Source: Chrysomallon squamiferum (lineage: Eukaryota > Animalia > Mollusca). Taken from it: a stretch of DNA of 64,000 nt. The stretch lies in NCBI GenBank assembly GCA_012295275.1, contig CM022670.1:40052001-40116000 (forward strand). The letters run 5' to 3'. Position numbers and translations under genes: made by a program. Within the stretch, counting starts at the first letter, position 1, and every line of letters begins with the position of its first letter. Shown here in pieces: positions 56,967-64,000 of the stretch. The notes below the pieces were generated by a model. It had not been told where the DNA came from, ran no database searches, and worked only from the letters and a program-made list of their open reading frames with translations.

Positions 56967-59460
56967 ATAATAATAATAATAATAACAATTTTAAAAAGAA
57001 AGATCTTTAAACCATTTATATAAAATTTTTTTAATTTTTTAAACTGACAATAAAACATTTTTATTTTTAATTTTAATTTTATATTTAATTAATCTCTTGT
57101 TACATTTTGTGTAAGTTCTGAGAAATTATTACTAACTGTTATTATTTGTTTAATCAGGTGGCTGGACGAAGGTCAGGATGATGGAAAGCTGGAGAGAGAA
57201 TTTTTACTGAGTGAAGTTCTGGAAGAGTCCATTAAAACACCTCAAAGTAATATATATATATATATATATATATATGTCCACATATGTATACACATACACA
57301 CACACACATATTAAAGAACACAGATTACAGAAAAAACACATAATATTTATGATCTGCACACACTAAATAAAGACTTAGACACACAAAACAAAAACAATAA
57401 TACTAATAACACTTGGGCTCACAGAATATTAAAACAAATGCCAACTTAACACCTGAGACACTCATATATTTTAAAAAAACTATTTGTTTTATATATTTTT
57501 GTTATCTTCAGAAGGTAACTGGCGAGTGTTTGTGACAACGAGCTCACTGTCAGACAGTGGTACTGACTCCCACGTCTACATGACGGTGTATGGAGAGAAT
57601 GGAAACACTGGCATGATACAACTCAACTCAGACAGGAGTGGGCTGTTCCAGGCTGGTTCTGTAGACCAGTTCGATGTACGTAAAGTGACTGTTAGAATAA
57701 TACAGCGCACTGCATTGATTTTCAGTAATAGGGTGAAACGACAGGTTCAAAATATTTGTTTAATGCATCTGAGGTCTTTTTAGTTTTGTTGTTATTTCTT
57801 ATACACAGGAAGAATAGATGGAGTGTTCCATTATTATCTCAGGTGTCTTCTGTTAGTAACTAGGCAAAGTGGAAGGACACAAAAATATAAAATGTGTTGT
57901 ACCATTAAGATTTGTGTTAGTTGTTGTTATTTCTGTCCAGTAAACAAATAGCAGAACTTTGATTTCATGTGAATACTGCAATTTCTGTTCATCTTTGGTT
58001 TTCAAAAATTAACTCCATGACTCCTTTTATCAGAGTCTTTCTGGAAGGTTTATTTCAATCTGTTGGCAAACAAAATAAAGCATGCAATTTGTAGAGATAT
58101 ATAGGTGTCAGGGAATACATTTATCTTGACACTATGAAAATGAGAAACCAAAGCTACGAATTAAAAAAGAAAAAAAAAAAAAGAAAAACAACATTTTTTG
58201 GGGGGGAGGAGGGAAAGTCTAATATTCTTGGAATAACAATGATTAATGTGTGTTTGTAGTTTTGTTTGTTTTTGTTCACACAGAAAACATTGACATTGTA
58301 TGTATATGCAGGATGTTTGATTTATCTCTGTTTCACAAAAGACCTGTTACCTGCACTCACACAAAGATGATAAAAAGATGAACTGCAATACTCTCTGCCA
58401 CCATCACCACCAACAATTAAACAACAGAATATTTTATATCCATTTGCCCAAAGTTTACAAAAACTTGTCTACAACAGCAGTGATAAGACAATAGCTGAAT
58501 TCGAAAAAAATAACCAAAAAGTTCCACAAAGAAGTATTGATTCTGAAACTTGCAGTCAGAAAAATGTGCACTAAACAGGAATGGTCTGGTAATGTATGAT
58601 GCATGAGACCATTGCTTTCACTACAGCAATATTTTCCAACTGTTTGAAATCACTTACCAGAGCAGTGATAAGACAGACGAGTCAGAAAAATAAATTAAAA
58701 AAAGGTCCAAGAAGCAGAGTTGATCGTTTTACTTTGCTGTTCCAAAAGAATCTGGTGCAGAGTACTGATCCTACGTCCTACCAGTCCTGAGACTGGTGCT
58801 GAGTTTACAGCTGTGTTACATTTTATTCAGATGCTGAAAACATAATCTCACACACCTGAATACACTATAAACACGGCAACAAGATAATTTGGTTCTAACT
58901 CAACTTTCTGGTTTTTTTTTTTTTTTTATACATCTCTGAAAGTGATTTATCACTAGCAGTGTTCTTTGAAGATAATTAACAGCAGTGAAGATGAATTAAT
59001 CAAACCAGTAGATTTTGAAAAAAAAAAATGTTATTACAATCCATCCTGTTTGATATAATAATTAGCATTTACCTTTCCAGCATATGTTTAATCTAATTAT
59101 TTACTCAGTCAACATATGTTTAATTCAATTAGTTTTTATTTATACGTTTGGTTTAATATCTGTTTACTGTAGTGTTTTCATGGGAGTGTGATATTTCGTT
59201 TTGCAGATAAATGTTGACCCAGACCTAGGCAGGCTTATCAAAATCAGACTGGAACATGATAATTCTGGATCTGCACTTGGATGGAGAGTTGATAAGGTAA
59301 TAAAAAGTACACTCCTCACTTGTCCTGAAATGCTGAATAATAACAAATACATTTAAAAATGTATATATGTGTGTATAAAAAACTGAAATAAACTAAGTGT
59401 TAAAACAAATTATGAAAGATTTGATTGTATAACACACATTTTGTTTAATTACAGTAATAA

Positions 59461-59491
<31 letters not shown>

Positions 59492-62400
59492 AGTAATAAT
59501 AATAATTATAACAATAATAATTCTAATAATAACTAATAATAATAATAGTAATAATAATGGTAGTACTATTGATTATTATGAATGATGATGGTGATGATAA
59601 CGACGATAAAAGAATTGATAACAAAAATTAATGCTACAAGAATGAATGAATTATCTATAAAGACATTATAATTATCAACAGTGTGTTAAACATTGTTTTT
59701 GTATACTTTAAGAAAACCTATCACCACATAAAAAGAAAGGGTTTCTGTTGGAATTAGAAATTAACAGAAATTTTAAACTGTATCAGTAATAATAACAACT
59801 GTTGTACTATAGTTGTTGTTGTTGTTGTTGTTGTTCTTCTTCTTATTATTATTATTATTACTGTTAATATTATTATTATTGTCATTACTGCTGTTACTAT
59901 GGTTATTTCAGGTTGTCATGGTAGAGCTGGACACACAGTTAACTCTAGAATTCCCTGTCAACCGATGGATGTCTTTCAATGAGAGGTTTGGAGATATCAT
60001 GGTGGAAGTTCCTGCGAAATACCCCAAACAGGCTGCCTTAAATGGTAGATATTTCATTAAAAGATACATGTTCTTTCAGTTTGCTTCCTTTAGCATAAAG
60101 ATTTTTAAAAATATTAATTTAAAGACCCTAAATGTTTTTTTTGTTTGTTTTTTCTTGGAATTAATATGATAAATATTATGAATGAGAAATTCAGTAAAGG
60201 GTTCAGATAGTGCTATTCCTTTTTTTTTTTCTTTATAATAAATTTATTCCATCTTCAACATCGTATTCATGTTTATTGTCAATTTCCCTCTCCAGATTTG
60301 TCTCTGTTTTTCTTCTTCTAATCACAATTATTGAAACTGGAAGTAACGAAAGAACTAAAACTAAATTATCAATACATTTTTCATTATTATGCAAGAGTCA
60401 CATTACTAAGTTTGTAACAAGCATTCTGAGCTGTCTTTAAACAAACTATTCACAAATTCAAATACATGCTGTTTGTGATGAAAACCGAGATAAACTTTAA
60501 ACACACAGGGGTATAGAAATAATTAGTTTGTTGCACACTGATCACAGACTTCATAAATAAAAGCAGATCACAGTATTATTCAGTGTAGACTCCAAACATT
60601 CATTGCATAATAATAACTGAGTTATGGAAATTAACACAGATGGCAAGAGAAATAAATAAAAAAAACATTATTTTAAAGTGAGCCTTTGGTGATATGTATA
60701 GATTGCTAATGTACAACTTTATTGTGAAAATTATTCATGGCAACCAGCAGTTAATAATAATAAAGTATATGGTAAATTAGAAAGCTTTTGTGGATGGATT
60801 CATGAAGGTTGACTTTTTTCTTTTTCATTTTGATGCCAATTTTAAGAGAAATGTAAAAAAAGCTCATAAGGAGTCCATTTAAATAAATCATTACATAGTT
60901 ACTCAGAATTTGTCTGGTATTTATATATATCCATAAATCATAAATAAAGATTAATATTAACAATAAAACTTCATAATCACGTTTCCCTAGTTTATTTTTT
61001 TTTTCTAATTTTGTCTTCATCCACTAATTTAAACAGTAATTCTGTGGGTGTTTTTTTTTTTGTGTGTTTATTTTTACTCTAAATACAAAAAATATATAAT
61101 TTGCCGTTACACATAAAATCACTGTATGACATACTGATTGACACTAGTGAGATGAAAACTGTGTAATTACTTCTGGCAGTGTACAAGTATGTCATTCAGA
61201 CACGGACTGCAAGTGACTTTGGTGCTGGGACAAATGCGAATGTTTACATCATGTTGATTGGAGAGCTTGGGGACTCTGGCAGAAGATTTCTTAAAGACAA
61301 TCTGGAAAATGAAGACAAGTTTGAAGCTGGGAAGGTAAACAGAAATTTATTTATTATTATTGTTATTATTTTTTATTGTTGTTGTTGTTGTTGTTGTTAT
61401 TATTATTTTTATTATTATTATTGTTGTTGTTGTTGTTGTTGTTATCATTTTATTATATTATCGTTGTTATTATTATTGTTGTTATTATTAATGTTATTGT
61501 TGTTATTTTTATTATTATTATTAATGTTATTGTTGTTATTATTGTTATTGTTGTTATTATTATTATTATTAGTAGTAGTAGTAGTAGTATTTGTAGTATT
61601 TTTAATATTTATTTTAATATTTATTGTTTTGATACTTTTTTTTAAAGTATTTATATTATTGTTGTTTTTGTTGTTTATCCAGTGAAATATATTTAATCCT
61701 CAATGTGATCTGAAACATTGATCCAGTGGTTAGGACATTTTTGTATATGTGTATAAAAAAACTATGTATATCTTGAAAATGAAATCCACTGTAAAGAAAT
61801 CCTTGATCCACACCTGTTTCTGATGATGTTGTTTTTGTTGTTGTTCTGAAACAGTTTGGCTTCTTTTTTTGTGTGTAACGCATGGTTGTCAGCTACTTGT
61901 GAATTTATTGTCTGCATGATGTCACGCTTTAAGTGTTTCCTGCAACATTTCAGGAATAAATCATTTTGTTTTGACTGTGTAATGTATTTCAATCAGAAAC
62001 AGCCTTGACATTTTATTTTAAACCTCACTCATTTTAGCTAAATTAGAAAACAGTAAACTGGGTTATTGTTTTTAATATTTTGATAAATATTTGTTTCTGT
62101 CTCTCTATGACCTAGTTTAGCTTTTTTATTTTTTTTTTTTTTTTTATTATTATTATTATTTATTGTAAATTATACAGATTACCTAATTTGATCTTTTGTA
62201 ATTTCATTTTCAAAAATAAACATAGCAAATGTAACAGTTATAACAGATTCTTGAAACATGACGTTCAGTTGCATCTTTTAAATACATGGTCATGTCCAAA
62301 TCAAAACATTTCATTGCTATGATGATGATGATGATGATATTAAAAAAGAGAGAAAATATTTATCATTTTTTATAAATAACAAATTACCATTCATAAAATC

Positions 62401-62673
62401 TTTATTTATAAAAATCTTCTTACTTGGTGTAAAAAGTTCTGTTACCATCACCTGTGTCACATCAGCCACTGATGGAAAATAAAAAAACAAAATGGCCTCC
62501 ATCTCTTTTAAATGTTTTCAGGTGGACACATTCTGTCTGGAGGCCGTTGACCTTGGATATCTGGAGAGTGTAATTATAGGACACGATGGAACTGGACCAG
62601 GGTCTGGCTGGAAGCTGGACTCAGTCACTGTGAAGAAAAGTCACAAAGAAGTCTACTACTTCCCTTTTCACGG
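9355..62673 (+). CDS. Giant RP1/RP1L1-like protein with LOXHD1-like PLAT array: 2 DCX + 2 PLAT + 2 beta-trefoil-like + at least 18 PLAT; 3' end outside window
   Basis: About 69 coding exons can be chained from ATG 9355 with compatible splice phases (about 9.9 kb CDS), apart from four local lesions described in the findings. PLAT motifs recur throughout (Y.V.V.TG, GT.A.V....YG..GD.G, GHD..G.GW.L..V, F...RWL...EDDG...REL). Confidence 0.9.
11055..17756 (+). CDS. PLAT domains 1-2
   Basis: Exons 11055-11218, 15171-15257, 15685-15817, 16247-16398, 16894-16972, 17158-17239 and 17666-17756. All GT-AG with consistent phases; e.g. [33 protein letters not shown]. Confidence 0.9.
11418..11709. mobile_element. 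Non-autonomous pogo/Tigger-type MITE, about 290 bp
   Basis: TA|CAGGTTGAGGATCCCTTATC ... GATAAAGTATTCTCAGCCTG|TA: imperfect terminal inverted repeats with a TA target duplication. The right end read inward (CAGGCTGAGAATACTTTATCTGGAATGCTTGGGACCAGAAGTGTTTCGGATTTT) resembles Tigger4/MER46-type termini as I recall them. Confidence 0.75.
11820..12085. repeat. Diverged ~150-bp tandem duplication (2 copies)
   Basis: GTTTCC.TAAAA.AAAC.ATGAATGTA...AATAAGCACAC..TAACATGAAATGTTGC...TGACAAAATAA occurs at about 11821 and about 11972. Confidence 0.75.
13955..14038. repeat. 30-bp tandem repeat, about 2.7 copies
   Basis: Unit AATATATACTGTGATAGACACAGAGATATG. Confidence 0.85.
18102..21215 (+). CDS. About 270-aa non-PLAT block, probably two beta-trefoil (FGF/fascin-like fold) domains
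   Basis: Exons 18102-18231, 18935-19038, 19647-19823, 20371-20586 and 21038-21215. Six ~42-aa repeats of the type [67 protein letters not shown]. The fold assignment is inference from the pattern. Confidence 0.7.
20107..20200. mobile_element. Possible truncated Tc1/mariner terminus next to a (TA)n tract
   Basis: (TA)n followed by GGGCAGTCCAAAAGTAGGTGGACAGT resembles mariner-type ends; no partner TIR was found. Confidence 0.25.
21659..24587 (+). CDS. Pro/Glu linker exon and PLAT domains 3-4
   Basis: Exons 21659-21769, 22062-22222, 22629-22854, 23321-23472, 23900-24057 and 24532-24587; phases consistent. Confidence 0.9.
27376..27402 (+). CDS. 27-nt phase-1 microexon, copy 1 (EPAPTRIQE)
   Basis: TTTTAG|AACCAGCTCCAACAAGAATCCAAGAAG|GTGAGA; frame-preserving. 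Confidence 0.7.
28146..28172 (+). CDS. 27-nt phase-1 microexon, copy 2 (identical to copy 1)
   Basis: Identical exon and splice sites inside an otherwise diverged ~0.7-kb tandem duplication. Confidence 0.7.
28950..29078 (+). CDS. Ala/Glu-rich linker exon (cassette, or alternative terminal exon ending at TAA 29098)
   Basis: ATTTTAG|CC GAA AAG CCC CAA ACA CCT GAG... = [45 protein letters not shown]-rich island in an AT-rich intron, with a weak donor GTGCTA at 29079. Confidence 0.7.
30596..30800. repeat. AT-rich ~67-bp tandem repeat, 3 copies
   Basis: Unit AATTTACAGAATTCATAAATATGATAAATAATTATATTGAAATATTTATCTGATTTCAATTAT... Confidence 0.85.
30899..30934 (+). CDS. 36-nt phase-1 microexon ([12 protein letters not shown])
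   Basis: TTTTTAAAG|TTAAAAAAGCTGTGCCAGTGAAGGAATCAGTAAAAG|GTAAAT; frame-preserving. Confidence 0.6.
31683..32592. repeat. Minisatellite of interspersed 33-bp and 27-bp units, about 30 copies, ending at a splice acceptor
   Basis: Units AATGTATCAGTTATAATGTGTACTCTACAGTGT and AATGTATCAATGTGTACTCTACAGTGT; the last CTCTACAG is the acceptor of exon 32593. Confidence 0.97.
32593..35687 (+). CDS. PLAT domains 5-6
   Basis: Exons 32593-32756, 33267-33356, 33615-33747, 34311-34465, 35060-35220 and 35614-35687. Confidence 0.9.
34640..34843. repeat. About 100-bp tandem duplication
   Basis: ATTATCAATTTCTGATCTGT.AGTTAGT.ACTAGTTTATTTAT...CAAATATTCAGATC.GTGGTGAAGGTTTT occurs twice. Confidence 0.85.
36007..39532 (+). 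CDS. PLAT domains 7-8 and linker (in-frame TGA at 36087; 1-nt deficit at 38585-38587)
   Basis: Exons 36007-36176, 36743-36829, 37726-37858, 38438-38591, 38901-39108 and 39479-39532. Confidence 0.85.
36843..37357. repeat. 44-bp minisatellite, about 11 copies, starting just after a splice donor
   Basis: Unit ATACCATTTTAATTAATAACTGTCTCAGTATACAGTGAGACTTG, with an internal inverted repeat GTCTCA...TGAGAC. Confidence 0.95.
40010..42064 (+). CDS. PLAT domains 9-10
   Basis: Exons 40010-40173, 40697-40913, 41367-41606 and 41939-42064. Confidence 0.88.
42549..45956 (+). CDS. PLAT domains 11-12 (locally frameshifted segment at about 45470-45520)
   Basis: Exons 42549-42778, 43264-43350, 43986-44118, 44668-44822, 45392-45558 and 45850-45956. 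Confidence 0.85.
43832..43975. repeat. ~50-bp tandem repeat, 3 copies, abutting a splice acceptor
   Basis: Unit TCCATTCTCTGTTTTATGAGTTATTTGTGTAAAGATACAAACTGAC...; ends about 10 nt before the AG at 43984-43985. Confidence 0.9.
45148..45384. repeat. (ATT)n-type microsatellite; other trinucleotide tracts at about 6021-6101, 15034-15128, 31342-31540, 46575-46700, 47495-47675, 51110-51303 and 61350-61590
   Basis: Direct reading. These tracts explain the poly-I/L/Y/N/D/V ORFs in the ORF track. Confidence 0.95.
46312..49421 (+). CDS. Divergent PLAT domains 13-14 and start of 15 (1-nt deficit at 48699-48702)
   Basis: Exons 46312-46487, 46981-47073, 47356-47479, 47980-48116, 48618-48765 and 49151-49421. 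Confidence 0.82.
48685..49035. repeat. ~170-bp tandem duplication of an exon 3' half plus donor region
   Basis: CTGGAGATTCCTGGTTTT(T)GGAAAAA...GAATGGATATTTG.TCACAAT...CAACTAGTCTTTGTTAATAATAAAGTAT occurs at 48685 and 48856. Confidence 0.9.
49435..49725. repeat. ~61-bp AT-rich tandem repeat, 4-5 copies, just after a splice donor
   Basis: Unit ...TTCTCAACTTATTTTAATGGTATAGTTATTTAAATATTAATTTGTTGTTTTAAATTTT. Confidence 0.85.
50179..53666 (+). CDS. Remainder of PLAT 15, PLAT 16 and SPPLV-repeat linker
   Basis: Exons 50179-50268, 50724-50853, 51432-51580, 52220-52298, 53147-53225 and 53506-53666. Confidence 0.87.
52495..52610. repeat. 24-bp tandem repeat, about 4.5 copies
   Basis: Unit TGTGTATGCATTCATGTGAATATC. 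Confidence 0.9.
53827..57246 (+). CDS. PLAT domains 17-18
   Basis: Exons 53827-53990, 54286-54405, 54818-54950, 55550-55704, 56338-56495 and 57158-57246. Confidence 0.9.
55140..55565. repeat. 30-bp minisatellite built from a splice acceptor plus the first codons of the exon
   Basis: Unit GTGTTTGTGATTTCAG|TAAATGAATACAAA; the last copy is the acceptor and start of exon 55550. Confidence 0.95.
57512..62673 (+). CDS. PLAT domain 19 and most of PLAT 20 (gene continues beyond window)
   Basis: Exons 57512-57675, 59207-59296, 59912-60044, 61180-61334 and 62522-62673. The last exon ends in phase 2 (CAC GG|GTGAGT) and the expected WLD exon is not seen in the window. Confidence 0.9.
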
Positions 62674-64000
62674 GTGAGTTTTATCAATGAACAGTTTGTA
62701 CTAATTTTCTCTGGCTATTTACCCATTCGTTTTTTTTTTTTTTTTTTTTTTTTCATTTTGAAGCTTTTTGTGACTATTTCCAACTACATATAAATTTTAT
62801 TTGTTAAAGTTTTTTATGGCTCTTTTCATGCAAATTTTGTTTTGAAGCCTCATTTTGGCTATTTCCCCTTTCATATCAGTTTTATTTATTGTGCTATTTC
62901 CCCTCAGTTCTATCAGTTTTATTTATCGATTCTTTTTGTTGTTATTTCTCCTAATACATTTTAATTTATTGAAACATTCTGAATCCATTTCCCAGTTCAT
63001 ATCAGTTTTATTTATTGATGCTTTTTCCTGCTATTCTCCTTTCATATAAGTTTACTTTATTGTGGTTATTTCCCATTTCAAGTCATTTTTATTCACTGAA
63101 GCAATACTTGCAAGTCCCATTGATTAGCTCAGTTTAATTTAGTTACCTGTTTCATTTTCATGGTTATGTTTTATTCATTTTTCAGTCTGTTTGCCATTTT
63201 ATTGGTAAACTGTATTTTCTGGTGAAATGTTTCATTGCATTTTATTGATAAATTTTACTTCTTATGAAACTCTCAATCTGTCTTCCATTTCATTTAATTC
63301 GTTGATACATTTCAGTCTGTTTTCTGTTTCATGCATAAACATATTTCAAGCCATTTCCTGTTTCAAGCATTTATTCCAAATACAAATAAAATGATGTATT
63401 CAGTAAAAAGATTGTGTTATTTACCATTTCAAAGGTAAATTTTGTTTCATGAAATATATCACTCTTTCTCATTTTAAGTTTTAAATCAGTTAAATATATT
63501 TTTATTTGCCCTCTGGAAAATGAGTATAATTGGTTAAAAGTTTATCACTAGTTACAGTTGAAAAGATATTTATAGAATTATTTCAAAAAGCTACTTTAAT
63601 TAAATTAAAATTTAATTAGTCTAGTGGTATGAAGAATTTGTTTAAAATTTAATATATTCCACATCCTAACAAATTGTTTTGTTTTAATTTTCTTTTTTTT
63701 TTTTTTTTTTTTTCTTTTATTTTTCTTTTTTATCTTGTTTATTTATTATTTTATTTTATTTACATTTTTTATTTTATGTTTTTATTTTTTTAGTAGAAGG
63801 GTTGGTGGTGGTACCCAGAATTTAATAATGAAATGTAATAAAAAAAAAGAATAAATTTAAAAAATTTAAATTCATCACATTATTTTTTTCTCTCTCTCTA
63901 AATATGGCTATCAGTCCACCATGTATATGATCACATGACTGCAGTTGTGAATGGATAACACAGATAATTGTTTTTTACGAGGTTCAGAATAAGAAGACAT

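Noticed and set aside
36007-62673. Calling the distal PLAT array a pseudogene
   Set aside because: There are only four lesions in about 39 exons, three of them at short homopolymers. Splice sites, exon sizes and motifs are otherwise intact, so assembly error or recent alleles are more likely.
11055-62673. Assigning the symbol LOXHD1
   Set aside because: The N-terminal DCX pair, the trefoil block and the C8orf74-like neighbour point to the RP1/RP1L1 lineage. Orthology needs a phylogeny.

Overview
AT-rich, microsatellite-rich animal genomic DNA with short GT-AG introns. It looks like an invertebrate, possibly a mollusc or other lophotrochozoan, but the taxon cannot be fixed from the sequence. 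Two genes lie head-to-head with their ATGs about 1.1 kb apart. (1) On the minus strand is a complete 5-exon gene (4750-8243, 310 aa) resembling C8orf74 (CLAMP/CFAP119-like family). (2) On the plus strand is a giant gene starting at 9355 and running off the right edge, with about 69 coding exons and about 3,300 aa inside the window. It encodes two doublecortin (DCX) domains, 2 PLAT domains, a two-beta-trefoil-like block and then 18 more PLAT domains in strict A/B pairs, making it an RP1/RP1L1-like DCX protein with a LOXHD1-like PLAT array. Other notable structure: a cluster of symmetric phase-1 linker microexons (one duplicated), a possible alternative terminal exon with a downstream RNA hairpin, a GC-AG intron, four reading-frame lesions in the distal PLAT array, many tandem duplications and minisatellites anchored on splice junctions, and a TA-flanked Tigger-like MITE. 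All exon coordinates were read by hand and no database search was possible.
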